DNA from: Lytechinus pictus
Lineage: Eukaryota
Direction: 5' to 3'
Assembly (NCBI RefSeq): GCF_037042905.1
Contig: NC_087254.1
Coordinates: 9,424,001-9,488,000, forward strand
DNA length: 64,000 nt
The notes below the pieces were generated by a model that did not search any database, was not told the origin of the DNA, and saw nothing but the letters and a program-made list of their open reading frames with translations. The position numbers and the translations under genes are program-made. Every line of letters begins with the position of its first letter. The stretch's first letter is position 1. Positions 49,804 to 64,000 of the stretch are shown piece by piece.

Positions 49804-52800
49804 TCTGTCAAGTTGGATCAGTAAAATAGACGAATAAAAGTTTGTTTTGATTCATTATCATTGTTTATGTTTCCAAGTGAGGCAACGTTGTATGTTGATA
49901 TACTTTTCTATTTGTCTTCCATAGTCTTCAAACAGGAAAATGTGCGATTACCACAATTGTGCCTTTTTACAGTTATGTATTTGAAATATTTCCTTTTCAA
50001 AAGGAGAACTGATCAAAATATGATTAGAAGTTGGAGCAGTTGATAAAATCTTCGTTATTGATTTATTGTATTTCCAAAAATTCCTCTCCTTTGTTTTGTC
50101 ATGCTTTCAGAATCCTTCGGTTAAATACTCTGATGACAGTGCATATTTAAAAGCCTAAATAGATGGTATCTGTATATATCTTGCTATTTCCATATTTAGT
50201 TCAACATATCTGTTTATCTGAAGAAAAATAGTTTCATTCAGTGAGATTAAATTCCTATTTACAATAAATATTTGAAATGTGAGTTTCCTTTTCATATATT
50301 TATCGTCGGTCAAATCACGATTGACCTTTAGTTGTTCAAGTTCAATTTTTAGTTTCATTTCCATTTCCATCAATAACATTACAAGCAAATACACATCAGA
50401 CATATATAAACAAATACAAATGAAATATGGTTACAATGATTACAAATCAACTACAAATTCCAAAACAATTTGTTAAAATATGTTTAACAAAATCTTGCAT
50501 TGAAATGAGGGGATCCACTAAAAAGCATTGCTTGTATAGCGTGGATCCCTAAGATAATAATATATTAAAATAGAATAATGGGAATAATAATAAGATGATG
50601 AGTAAAGGCGAGAAATAATAATAAGATGACAGAGGAATACGGGACCATACTAAAACATAAAAGAAAACAAACACATGACGAAAAATAGAGGGGAGAGAGA
50701 AGGAAAAAAGTACTGAAGGGGGAGCGACAGAGGAAGAGACTGAGAGGGCAAAGATGAGTAGAGGGAGAGAGACAGAGAGGGTGAGAGGGAGGGAGAGATA
50801 CACACACACACACACACACCATGATATGGAGAGAGGGTGGAGAGAGAGGGGGAGGGTGAGAACAAGGAGAGTGCAAACGTGGATGAAGGAGAGTGTGACT
50901 TAATAGCGTGCTTAGACAATTCTTAGAAATATACAAACTAATTAATTACTTTGGTAAGACAGTAACAGCAGTATTTTAGTTTTCTCTTGAAGGAGTGGAT
51001 AGAGGGGGCCTGTTGAATATCTTTATGGAGGGAATTCCAAAATTTTGGGCCGGTGAAAATAAAAGTATTTTGATCAAAACGAGTTCTTAGGATAGATATA
51101 TAGGTAGATAAAAGTTATCGGCTTGTCTAGGATACCTATGAAAAATGTTATTTTGAGAAAACATAAGTTGGAATGCAAAAGGAACCATACTGTTCTTATA
51201 CATGTACATAATAAGCTGCTTGTCCTAGTTGAAATTGGTATAAACCTTGAATCTTTAAAATTTTATAATCAAGGAATTGTATTTTTATATTCATACTTTT
51301 CATGGTTTTGGTACGCTCCGAACTTTAACGAAATCATTGTTATTCAATTCCCATTCAATATGAAAAATGAGCGGTAATTTCATACAAAGGACTAGGCATG
51401 TATCATGGGTATATATAGGCTCTGTTTGTTTCTTCACGTGATCATGGAAGTTGAAAATAAAATAAAATAAAAGCGAAAGCCTGTAGTTTCGAGCCAATAA
51501 ATGGAAAGAACGTGTAGCTCTACTACACAAATTGAAACTGAGAAAGACAGTAATTAAGAGCCTGGAATTACCTAATCAAAAGGCCATCGAGATTAAAATC
51601 GATTGGTTTGCAGAGGGCATTGTGACGTAGGGTGGCAGTAGATGAAACGTCACAATAGACAGTCCATTTAGCTCATCGAGAGGTCAACCTCTATATAATA
51701 ATCTACAAAATGTATTAATATATACCTGCCTGTGAACTCATTAATTGTCTTGTGTTGTGTTTCTTTACCCTACCCTGCCAAAAGAAAATTCAATTTAAAT
51801 CCAAGATAATATTATAGAATGAATATGAAAAATGTAAATTATTATAAATTTTCAATGCAATAAAACATTATTTATATCTCATGTTCACGTGAAATTTAAC
51901 AAGAAACTGTAATGAATAGAAAGAGGGAGTCAAATAGCCAAGTCATATGCCTCGCATATCTGTGTACGTAATTAATCGAATGAATTTTAAATTAAATGAC
52001 ATCAACGAAAAGGTTAAATCAAGAATTTACATTTGAATAAAATGCAATGCATTTGGTCCATCACCAGAAAATCATATAAACAACAATGCATGCGGAATGC
52101 AATATGTCTCCAGTGGCGGATCTAGCTTTTTGCTAAGAGGGAGATTTGACAAGTTGGTTTGACCAATATCGATGAGATGTGATGTAATGCGTCCTACCCC
52201 CCCCCCCCCGTTTATGTAACTGTTCTGTTTGCGCGACTTAGGAAGCCCGAGGTGGGGGGGGGGGGTGGGGTTAACCCCTAACCCCCCCCCCTCGATCCGC
52301 CACTGGTCTCCTTTGGGTCGTTTGAGCACTACTGGAGCGTTGCAAGAAAATTAAGTTGTAAATGACCGCAAACCAATTACAATTTTATCAAAAGACTTGC
52401 GCTTAATTTGTGATTTACGCTTGAAGTGGAATCGCACGTAACGACCCATTTTTCGGAGTTTTCGCGAATGCTACGCAGACGCGTTCTGGAACATAGAGAA
52501 TCTATTGCCATAAGCCCCTGATGACAAAGAAGTCATTGTCGAAAGTCGGTGAGTCAAAACAGCAGTGTCATCCTGACTCTGGACAAACTACATATTTGCT
52601 TTTTTTGTTCGTCACTAACGACAATCAGCTGTCCCGGTTCACCAATTTTCGACAAAGACCTCTCAGCTGTTCATAGTGATTTAACAGGCATTTCAATAGA
52701 TTTACTATGCTGTAGAATCCGTCCCCGTTACAATTGCGAAAACAATCGCTCATTACATTTAACAAAATCGTAGTGTATCCAAAAATTGACGGGATAACAG

Positions 52801-55800
52801 AAGAGTGTTTCATGAACATTAGTGATTTGTCGGACAAAACGCATGGTCGTAATACAAATTTTTGCGCTCCGAAATATTGTCAATTTTGTTTGTTCAATAT
52901 AGTAGCTCTGAGCCAGTTTTATGGTTTTAAATACTTTCCAATGTTTTTTAAAACTTAAATACATTGCATATCATACGTATTTCAAGTTGTCAACATTATC
53001 GACCGCCCTTTCGTTATTTAGGCCATTTTCGGTCACAAATCGATATGTTCGCCCCCCCCCCATATTTTCATGGGTGCCACCGCCCCTTCCCACCCCCCGA
53101 TCGAGAATATTTAAGAGGTCATTGCCTCCTAAGCAAACCGCGCTATCTTGATCCTTATTCATGCATTTCGCCTATACTTTCCGAAAGTATTGTTTAGCAC
53201 CATTTTACGACTATCAATCTATGATGTCAGAGCTGTGACAAACAGGATACCAGACGATCTTTCTTTATATAATTGTATTCTTGGAACCATCGATAATTTA
53301 CCTGTTCTAGTATCCGTAAACATGTTTGTATTGGTAGTATACAGTCTGTGGATCTACTTGTTTTTTATTTTGATTTTTTATTTGACTTATTTTTCTTCGA
53401 CATAACAATATAATATAACATAAATTTATATTGACAATAAATCAGGCATATAATCACTGAACATAAAATCAGTAGCAGTTTATGGATTGCCATTGCAACC
53501 CCCAAAAAACGGTTGAAAATATGACAAACCGAAACATAATTCATTATATAATCATCTTACATGTCTTATGAGCACAATGGATTAATACGAATTACTAAAG
53601 TATCAACTAAGTATGAAGAAAGAAAATCAAACAAGCCAACACTTGCTATAATATATAATCAAGAGGAAAAACAATTATAATGAAAATAAAGATGAAGAAG
53701 ATGATGATGACGACGACGACGATGATGGTGGTGGTGGTAATAATTATGATGATGGAAAAGGAATAGAACACAATTTTGACACAGAAAGTTTACCTTGCAT
53801 ATGACCTTAACTTTAGCTTTGAGTGTATGGAGCAAGAGGATTGTTAAAGGTGATAATGGTGATCGGGGGCAGCCAGGGGCGGATCCAGGATTTCCCAAAG
53901 GGTGGGGCAAATTTTTCGGAGAAAATTTTGACAAGCCAAAAAAAAAAATGTCTTCAATTTCAAAAGGGGGGCACATCTCGGTTTCAATGTCATTTTTACA
54001 TTACATTTCCCCCTGTGCCCCCCTTGATCCGCGCCTGGGGGCAGCGCAAGAATTGTTTGTAATATGGGGCTAGACTTCCACAGTGAGACGTCATACATAA
54101 TATAGTTACACGGCCCACACTGTTCATATCTTGCTCTCTGAATTTCCTCCTTTATGTCTTGAATACTCGAAAATCACAGGGGGGGGGGTGCGAGTAATCA
54201 GGGCGATCACCCCCTGCCCCCACCTGTGAAGCCGCCCCTGATGGCGATGATGGTACAATAATTATAATAGATGTGGTGTCCGAATTGGTTCTGGTGATAG
54301 TGCAGACCGTGCAGTATGTTAGACGTTTTGGATATTTTCAAGTTTGAACCTTCGATTGAGACCTGCACGGTCAAGAAATAAATCCTATGCTCACCTGACC
54401 TGTTGCCCTGTGAGATGGACCATGGACCTAATACATGGGTGGACCATGGTCCATTGATACCTCTAAAAGATCCATTTCAAAGTCTAATCTGGACATCTCA
54501 TGTCTGACCTTTCTGTCCACCAAACGTTGATGCGCACTTTGAGTTGGTTTGTCATGGATTTGGATCATTGAACAATTTATTATTGACATGGAGTAAAGAC
54601 AACGCTCCAAATTAAGAAAGAAAGATAGAAACAAATAAACAAAGAAACCAAACCGAATCCCGTCAGTACACGATGAATCTCAACAGGCCAAGACAAAGCT
54701 TCTCAAAGTGGCCAATCGATCCAGTGGGGAGGCCGAGTGGTGAGCCCCTTCCCCCCCCCCCCCCTAAAGAAAAAAGAGAGAGAGAAAAAAAAAGAAAAAG
54801 AGCTCAAAGGTCAATAGAACCGATTGGCCCCCAAGAAACGACAGGCAACAAGAAAAAGGGAACTGTAAAAAAAGGGGAACGCGGCAAGTTCCCCCTCCCA
54901 ATCCGGATCCGCCTCAAGCATCACCATCTGGTATATTTCACTTTATCATGAATTTCAGAACATTCTTCTTTGTGGGAAAAAAATCGAGGTATGCATGAAT
55001 CACGGATAAAGAGCTCCATTCAAATTCACTGATCTGAATCGAAATGAAACGACATAATCTGGACGTCACTAATTCCCTCTTCATAACACCCTCTTCTTAA
55101 ACCTCAACAGGTCGATGGGTAAGGAGAAACGTATTGAGAGAAACACAATCCCTCTAAAACGACATACTTAAAAGCATTTTCAACACGTTCAAGATCATTC
55201 AATAATCAATAGGCTGACTTGATCCGCTATGTTGAAGCAAACCTATAGAAACGGGTGTCCATTAAAATGCCCTTTTATATGAGCTAAAAAGGAAACATGG
55301 AGACACTGCCCTGTCTTAAATTTTTATGCGTTCAAAAAGAATGAAGATAATGGCGGGATTTAAAGTTAACACGCTGGGGACTCCTTTGTATTTTAGAGGT
55401 TTTAACTTTTAAGTGACCCAGTTATTGTTACAGTATGTTTTGATTTTGAAGAAGGTGTCAGTTTTCATTAATACGCCATTGATTTTCCCCAGAAGCTCTT
55501 TAATCCTTTTATTTTCTCACCTGCATGGATCAAAGACTATGCAATTAAGATTGACGTCTTTCAAGTATAGTCGTTAGTCCTCGAGGAGTACACCCGGGGA
55601 GTACGCCTTACAAGGGACTCCGTTTTTTTTCTTCAAAGAGTGCAAAACGCTGTAACTCCTAACCACATTTCTATTTTACCAGGACAGTGTGTCAGAGTGT
55701 TGTGAACATGGCTAACACCGAATATGAAAAGGCGGACAGAAAGAGCCTCCTATGATAAAACGTTTCATCTCCCGAAATCTAAAGTGTATTTTTTTATTTA

Positions 55801-57039
55801 AATATCAATTGCACATTAATGTTGGGAGGAGTATCTGCATTGGGAAAGTGAAAAGGAATGAGAGAGGAAGGGGGGGGGGGGGGGGGGTGACAGAGTGCGC
55901 GAATAATATGTCAGTAGCGTAATGAGTAAAATGTGTATGGAGTATGGAGCAAAATTTCTAAAAGGTCACGGCAAGCGAAGCGAACGAGCAAAATGTTTGA
56001 TAGGTTTAGACAATAAATTTAGAAAATAACACCATATTTTTATATCTTTTACCGGTTTGCTTCTCTTTGATTTTCTTATTCATTTTCTTGGGGTAAAACT
56101 TTTTTGGGGCCATGCCCCCAAGAACCCCCCCCCCCATCTATACGCCATACAGTGATTATTGTGCGATGGGAGGAGTTGAATTTACCTTGAGGCTCACATC
56201 TCTTTGGGATAAAGAAATCTATAAGAAAAAAGGGCTAATCGAAGAGAAGTCAGATGGTCCGAGGGGTGATGTAGAAAGTGGTCCCTTGAATGATTTTTTT
56301 TTTAATAAAACAGATTTAAAAAAAAGGTTGAAAATCAAATGCTTCATTGAAATCAATGAAAGAAAGCCCAGTCTCAACGCCACACCATTACATCTGGGTA
56401 CTCTACACCCGAGTTAATACCTGCGCGAACTTGACCTTCTTGTTGCCTTTTCGACACCCAATCAATCTCGATGGATTCCTGGCTGAAAGTATCGAACAAT
56501 GCCAATTCACTGATGAGAAAGGATAAGAGGAATCGCATCGATTGACATTGATGGCCCCGGCATTGACCCGGGACTGTGAGGTCAGTCAACCGATGATAAT
56601 TAAGGTCAAAGTATTCGGTCTCAAAAGGAGCCTGGGTGATGAGGAAGAAGACGATGGATTAAACACGTATACACAGGTAATATTGGTTTGTTAATTAGGT
56701 CAAAGTTTTCGGTCTGAAAATGATATGGGTGAAGAATAAGATGACGGATTAAACACGTATCACCGCTAATATTGGTTTATATTCGCGTGGTCTACACTAC
56801 CAGTTGGTATAATTTGTCAGATACCACATGACAAAACCTTCATTTGGTCTACTATCAATTTTGCTCTAATTGCCGTTTTGGTCTACACTACATCTGGTCT
56901 AATACTACTTGGTCTAATTCTCAATTAGTCTAATGCCCAATTGGTCAAATTTCCATTTCATCCGCTCATACATTTTCATTTACTTTGTCAAAGAAAAATT
57001 TGGTCCACAACAGTTGGTGTAACCACATAGGATAATTTG

Positions 57040-57180
57040 TAATGATGGTATTGATAGTAATGATGATGATGATGATAATAATATTAATAATAATAATGAT
57101 TATGATAATAATGATGATGATGATAATAATAATGATAATGATACTAGATGATACAACCATTATAATAAAATGATAATATA
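57040..57180. repeat. (ATG/ATA)n microsatellite
   Basis: Directly visible. Confidence 0.9.
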
Positions 57181-58129
57181 TCACAGATCTGTTTCTGTAA
57201 AGACGCAATATTTAGGTAGTGTTGAGCCTATTGAAGTAACACAGTTCATGAATTTGAAATAGTGATAATATTCAACAAGTTACCGTGTAGAATATAGGCC
57301 TCCGAAATAGATCGATTTGTCTTAGCAATCAACGCAATATTTTTTTATTACACATTCCAGCATTCTGGCAAACCGGTATATACTTCCACGCAGACAAAAT
57401 ACCAGAAAATAAAGAGCCGATAAATCTCATTAATATCAAGAGGGAATAATTGAATATCTGCCATATGATCTTAAAACTGAAATAAACTTCAGGATCCGCA
57501 TTTTCTTATATTTGTTCGCCTTCTTCATCAAAAGGCAAGGTCCAATTGAATCAACATGCTGCTATTACACCACATGTACGAATTAAATTAGCCCTATACC
57601 AAACACAGATCTTTAATTATTTGTAGACTTCCTTGATTTCTTCTTCGCGTGAAATCTGTCAAACGGAATCAGCAAGTTTCTAGTCGTAGATAATATACGA
57701 GAATGAGAAACATTTTCACCATTTAAGGCTACAGCCTACGAGAAATCGCATTAATATTTTAATTTTTCCCCTGTGTAATAAATTTTTCGTTTATGAGATA
57801 TCAATATCCTTAATGCGAGGTGGATGCAATGATGATGAGATGTAGTTTTCGACGAAAATGTAATTTTATATGTGAAATTATCTCTCCAGGTGCTATAAAA
57901 TACAGGTTGAGATGCGGTGAACCACTGTCAACGATATTCTATTTTCAAGACCCCTCTGATTCCATCAAATCGTTGACCGCGATCAGATTTTTAACACAAG
58001 TTGTAATTCCCCCTTAAATTTTAATAAATTATAAATTTTTCATCATACTGAAAATATGAGATATCTCATTCTCTTGACAATATCCATCATTAGTGCGAAA
58101 AGTGATTTGTTTATCTTGGTTTTCAGGAA

Positions 58130-58581
58130 TAGAGGTTGCCCATGCAAGACTAGGCAATCCACCCTGCGAAGCCATATTCTATGCTATACCACGGCGAGTC
58201 GACCAATCAGAAGCGCTCATTCGGTTGTTGATCACGATTTACTCTGTTGCTACGTGGCGACGCGATGCTCATTCACATGTTGATGTGTATTTTGATCCGT
58301 CGGACTTCAGTCGATCAGCTGTCCGCGTTCGCAATAGGACGCTTCTCGTAAATTCTCTCTCTGGCCAGCATAGCTTGACGTGCAACAGACTAGCCTTGCC
58401 TGTATTCCACACAACCTGTTGCACCATCGGGGCAACCACCATAACAAGTTGTTGTTTTGATACCCAGTTTTCTATATACATCGTACCTCATCTGTCAATG
58501 TGCCTGGATTTTTGTATCATTGCAATAAAAGGAAGCTATTTTATTTCATTTCATTACTTCACTTGGCTCTACTTCATTTCG
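58130..58581 (+). promoter_or_regulatory. Putative FOXJ1 promoter and non-coding first exon
   Basis: GC-richer patch with CCAAT box (gaccaatcag, 58201), imperfect X-box-like gttgctacgtggcgac (~58245), donor g|gtgagt at 58582 and acceptor ttttacag at 59408 just upstream of the ATG. Confidence 0.45.
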
Positions 58582-59476
58582 GTGAGTTCTTGTATGACTG
58601 TGTTTTTATGTAATATTTATTATATTGACACCTAACATTCGTTAACATGTTTTCTATTTATTTTTGTTTACATGTGTTTACTTATTTAATCAATTGTTTC
58701 TCTAAGTATTATACCACCCATTTTTATATTGATATCGATGTTTTTCAGCTACATTTGATATTGCCCTTTTATTTCTTTATATATGGGGTTCGACATTTTA
58801 TATTGAATTTCACATTAAACCATGGCAGAAGTTAAAGGTTTCCTAGATAGCTGGATTTCGTGATTTATATTTTTAGGGGAAGCCCCCGTTTCCATTGGCT
58901 TTATTGTGACGTCATTGCCTGGCCTAATATGGGGCCTGTCATGCGCGTACTTCGCGCAAAAAATGCATCTACGCACAAAAACTTCCGCTTTATCGTACGC
59001 GCTCAAAATGTAAACAAACTACACGTGCGCGCATCAAGTTTTGCATGAATTTATTCTGTAATTTGGCAATGATGGGCATGATGGCATGGGTTTCTTATCT
59101 GACTGACTTAACTCCGTTCTTTGATCTAGGTAATTTATTTTAATTTACATTCTTAAATCAAATCCAAATTAAATGATAATTAATAATGCTCATTATGTTG
59201 ACATTTATCCACTCTAACGTAAGACAGGCTGGGGTCTGAAAAAATTTAGAAATCCGAATGCCTTAATTGTTGCTAATGCTATTCAGGGGCCGACGAGACA
59301 TAACTCGAAAATCTAACTTTATTAATTTACTCTCGTAAAACATTTGCTTTATTCTTGATTTGTATTTCCATAAAGTTATCAAGTGTCTTTGGTGTCCATT
59401 TTTTACAGGAATTTGTGGGAATTAAATTGAAAATACGTCGACTCACTTGAACAAGAGGTCACAACCCCAATCCAAG

Positions 59477-60061
59477 ATGGCGGCTGCCAAAGTTGCAACC
59501 ATCACCATCCCCTTGCTCAGCTCCAAGGAGGCTGCTGTGAAATTCAAACAAAACTGGATCACCAAGAGCCAGCCCGTCGAACCCCCAAAGACAGAACCCA
59601 AAGAAGACAACCTCGACGACAGTCTCACGAGTCTGAACTGGTTGCAGAACCTCCGGATCATGCGCATCCAGCACCCCACCCCTCCAAGCAGCCCCACCCC
59701 GCTCTCCATCCAGAACAGCATCAAGAGTGCCCTGCAGATCCACAAGGGCGGCAATGGCGTCGTCAAGAGCTCGAACTCTCACAAGCACTCGCACTCCGAG
59801 ATCAAGATCTCGAAGGTTTCGTCGTCACTCAACCACCTCCATCACAACCACCACCACCACCATCTCCATCAAAGTCACCTCCAATTGGACCAAAATACAG
59901 ACTACAAGACGAACTCGAGCATTAAGCCACCATACTCCTACTCCACCATGATATGGATGGCCATGAAGGAGTCCAAGAAACATAAGATCACTCTGTCATC
60001 AATCTACAAATGGATTACGGAGAACTTCAAGTATTACCAAGTTGCAGACCCCAGTTGGCAG
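59477..60061 (+). CDS. FOXJ1: Forkhead box J1, first coding exon (195 aa; gene continues beyond the window)
   Basis: FoxJ1-type motif NLDDSLTSLNWLQNL and forkhead start DYKTNSSIKPPYSYSTMIWMAMKESKKHKITLSSIYKWITENFKYYQVADPSWQ followed by donor gtaaat; the NSIRHNLS exon was not found in the window. Confidence 0.88.
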
Positions 60062-61196
60062 GTAAATATTGTGGAAAAGAGTGTTTCTTTTATTTTCTCA
60101 TAGGATGGGTAGGGCGATGCCCGAATTAGGCAGATAAAAACATCATTTTTTGCTCTGGATTTTCTCTAACTTCATAGTACATTCAGTAGCAAGAATAATT
60201 GTGAACATCTCTTTTTATTAATATTCGATTTTCTTTCAATCGAGTTATGGAATATTGATCGCAAAGTTCCTAAACATTGACGTCTTGTCCATACACATAA
60301 CCCGTCCGGACAAGCTTGATCTATTTGTGAGGTATAGTATTCAAATATGGTTGCAAGGAGTCAAATAAAGGACTTAATATATTTAGTCTTTGGCAAATAC
60401 TGAATAGATTAAGTCTTTTCTTTAGATGAGTCTTTAACATTTGACTTTTGAGCTCTTGAGACAACGCATTTGTTATCTGAACTCGTAGATCTCAAGCGTA
60501 AATATACCTAGATAGAATCTGCCCTCTTTGGGGACTCGTATTCAGCATTGATGCATGTGTGAATAGCATTTTTTAAATACCACTCAACCACTTAACAAAA
60601 CACATCCTGGAGTTCACGATTACCGTCTTGATCCTGTCAATACCCTGAAAACTTCTTGGAATTCGGGCTGTGGACGGAGGAATACGGGAGAAGAAGGGGA
60701 ATAATAGACAAGGCGACATACAGGATGTGTCTAGATAGCAGAGTTGAAGGATGGGGTACATGTACCTAGAAAGAAAAGTGGTCAATTTCAGATTTTTGGT
60801 TATGAACATGATGTAGCGCATTAGCTACGAGAGAAATAATATATCAATATATCCTGAACGAAGTTTCAAAAGTTCTTTTAAGTGAAAACCTCCGTCACTG
60901 CAGTTAATGACACACGTACTAAAATGTGCATCGTGCCCCCCCCCCATCAACCCCCTTCCTACAATTCATGAAATGGCAAAACTTGTAGTTTTTACCATGT
61001 TTACCCGCCAAATCCAAAAAGCCTGAAACCGCCAAGCTAGTCAGTCCCCTGCAGTGAGCCTGGCAAGTTTGACCTCTTGGGGTCACAGCCAAGGAATGCA
61101 GACTTTTGATGGCGGGTTTATCGGGGGTTTATCTGTCTCGGGCCTCGAGGGTGTAATACCACACCAACCTCCATCCTTCCATCAAGGTCTGGTAGC

Positions 61197-61238
61197 TCAA
61201 GGTCAATGGTGGGTCAGTCTTAGGTCACTTTAAGGTCA
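61197..61238 (+). promoter_or_regulatory. Array of four RGGTCA nuclear-receptor half-sites with 5-bp spacers (three overlapping DR5)
   Basis: aggtca-atggt-gggtca-gtctt-aggtca-cttta-aggtca at 61200, 61211, 61222, 61233. Confidence 0.55.
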
Positions 61239-62779
61239 CCGGGGAGAATTTCTGCTTGGAGAGTGCCGTTTAGTCGTGTGATGTAGGCCTACTGTCAACC
61301 TTGCGTATTCCCAAAACTACAACTGAATCTTCCATTGTAAAACTATAAAACTACTTGACCATATATAATCAGAGGTTTTACTTGTAGCCCTACATTAATG
61401 AATAATGAATAAGTTTGGACATGCAGGCCATATTCATCTGATATTGGTTTCAATTTGAGAATTTTATCACAATTATTCATAAGTGGACAATTTTTGTTGT
61501 CACAAGAAATTGCATATGTACACGAATATTGGATTATATGCACTACTTTGACGGTGAATTTTAACAGAAATATATATATCTATAATTCAAGCTCTCGTGC
61601 GGAAGCAAAAAGCTTTTGGAATGGACGACTCTCATTGTGTACTCACACATCTACAGTTCAAATAGCTACAGGGGTGGCTGGCTTTGAAATAAAAGTGAAT
61701 AAAATATGACTGTTGACGTCAGAAATGGGAGTCTAAAATGATTTATCAAACACTATTACTGGAGATGGCAGGTGAAAGCAACAGGCGAGGGAAATATAAG
61801 TTATATTCCATAAAAGGCGCTCGGGGTCATTTTTTGTTAAAACTGACCTTCGACGTGGACTGACCTAGATACTTGCTTGGCCATTACAGATCGTTGTATA
61901 TCTGTGGAATTTATAGTTGAATATGAGCGCTAACATTAACAAGGACTTGGTATTTCTTTGATAGAATGGGTTTGAAATCGGTTCCAGCGTACAAATCGCT
62001 AGAAATTCAAAATGATCACCCTTCCTGGAAAAAGAAATCATTCTATCGTGGCACATGCAGGCCATTTGAATATTCTATTTTGGAGCAATTTTTGCTGGCA
62101 TGTTGATGATTTAGTGCGATATCAATTACTGTTAATATGGTTTAAATTGTCTTTTTACAAATATAATTAGAGTGAATGTATTCACTTACCCGATGAATTT
62201 CGATCACCGATGAAGCATGAAAAATGGTTGGGCTTCGATCAGGTTAAAGGCAACCCTTGGCTTCGTTTGACGTTGACCTGAAGGATGTAACCGGAGATGA
62301 AATTGATGAGCAATGTATTATTGACTGCCACAGTTATCTTTTGTCATCTCGCTCACTAGCTCTGTATATGAACCTGTATCGATTCGAACCACTTTCATTG
62401 CGAATCATTCGCTATTTCATTTCTTATTATGAATCGAACAGACTTGCCAATGGCTGAAAGGGGGTCTATATTAATACAAAATTATTGATTGCATGTTCAA
62501 TAATTTGTATATTATACACAAGAGAGTGAGCATGATTATAATTTATAAAGGACTCGTAAGTATGTCGTGTCAGAAATATTGATGTCCCTGACATTCTGGA
62601 AACAAAGGGGCAATAAATACCGTGAATAGGAGCATGCTCGGCATTTATGAATCTTGATTATTTCCAATGCTCTATCAATATAATACATGTCTCATAATAA
62701 CAACAAAGAGGGATACCTGAAAAGGAAAGGTTGTGTATTGGTATTGTTTAATGGATTAGGGGAGTCCATGCGATATTAT

Positions 62780-62982
62780 GATGGCAATTTCTAATGAAAT
62801 GGAAGAACTTGGAATGAAATAACTGTTCGCCCTTTTCAGTGCATTTGGAAAGATAAATTTAAGGACCCCATTGGAAATAAGCCATCTCGGCTTTCATGGG
62901 TTATCCTGTCAAGGTATACACTTCTGTTCATATTTTCTTGTACTTGTTCATAGTTACCTGACAAATAAAATCAATCAATCAA
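62780..62982 (+). mobile_element. Probable 3' end of a non-LTR retrotransposon (CR1/L2-like)
   Basis: cccattggaaataagcc...ggctttcatgggt stem followed by aataaa and a (tcaa)n tail; no RT ORF visible. Confidence 0.4.
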
Positions 62983-64000
62983 ATTTATTTTTGTGCATCA
63001 ATCCCCGCATCAGTCATTGCGTGTAGGAAAAGAGACAGGGTCTTGTTACTGAAAATAACGAGTTTTGCACAGTTGTAAGGCTTTAATCTTTTTGGTAATC
63101 CGTGTTTACACTACAATTGCAGTAATGGTGCATGATGAAATATCCTTTGAGATGGCTGGAAATATGGGTCAATAGAAAGAACACACCATGGGCATGTTCT
63201 TACACGAATTGGAACCATAACGAAGCATCCACCCCCCCCCCCACACTCACTTCATCAATTGAGCCTTTCAGAAATACAAGAAAAAGCTTTGCATCGAATG
63301 CAAATAACAAAAGCAGACATTGCTGAAACAGAAACTCTGCATGATTGTCGATGTATGAAGATGCGTCGAATAAAGGCTGCTCATTGTTATGAACAGAAGA
63401 TGCGTCGATGGGAAAGCTCTTTTGTTTGACCAAGGCCTGGTCTTGTCGGGTTTAAATGGACTAGCGTAGATCCTATTGATTGGTTGATGGTCCGTGGAGG
63501 GCCAGGACTATTGTTATCAGGAGCCATACCTCTATTGGAATACCCACTCCATCCATCGATCCAAGATGCCCTTTTGTTAAATTGGTTGATACCGTACAAT
63601 GATATTGTGATTGTTGTAATGCTACTGTGTACATGTCTTAAGGTGTACGCAGTCCTTTTAAACGCTGTTGACAAATTTGTGACTGCTACCGTCCTAAAGA
63701 TATAACATTCGCTTGATTTGGAAAATATATCAAAATAATTACGTAATTTTTATAAGTGATAAAGAACTCGTAAAGCCACTAGAAGATAAGTCAATTGGAC
63801 AATTTGTCATTTCATATGAGATGTTTATCTGAAGTTTGCTAAAGAAAAACTTTTAAACGATTTTTCTCAACCAGAGGGTCAAGATCATTCATACATTTTC
63901 ATTGTTGGCAGTGGAAGCCTATATCCTCGATATTTCTGTGAAAATGATATGCAATTTAATACTTATACTTTATGTATTATTCATAGAGTGCACTCAACGA

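Noticed and set aside
58093-58635. 180-aa ORF upstream of FOXJ1
   Set aside because: GTG start, no domain, and it overlaps the likely promoter/5' UTR exon and runs through a splice donor.

Overview
AT-rich, repeat-rich metazoan genomic DNA with GT-AG spliceosomal introns; the gene set and repeat types suggest an invertebrate deuterostome, probably a sea urchin (inference). Host genes were reconstructed by hand-splicing. ECD/ecdysoneless lies on the minus strand (8 exons seen, running off the left edge), head-to-head with a complete 125-aa LAMTOR2. A divergent Abl-interactor (ABI)-family gene of about 545 aa and the first coding exon of FOXJ1 follow on the plus strand. The main discovery is an apparently intact 15,962-bp autonomous PIF/Harbinger DNA transposon (4045..20006) inside ECD intron 5, inserted at a CCWGG site that splits a tRNA-derived SINE. 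It has perfect 18-bp TIRs, end-specific subterminal repeat arrays and two convergent intron-containing genes: a 344-aa HARBI1-like DDE transposase and a 228-aa Myb/SANT-like partner. Unusual features of the element are an intronless decayed copy of a Myb partner gene inside a transposase intron, a duplicated splice-competent last exon, a mismatched CTG/CAG target duplication, and Myb exons phase-compatible with ECD exons. The window also holds many MITEs, including Harbinger-type ones carrying X-box/CCAAT motifs, and a 4x RGGTCA DR5 array in the FOXJ1 intron. Assembly gaps are at 20127-20461 and 23519-23655. All family assignments are from recalled motifs, not database searches.
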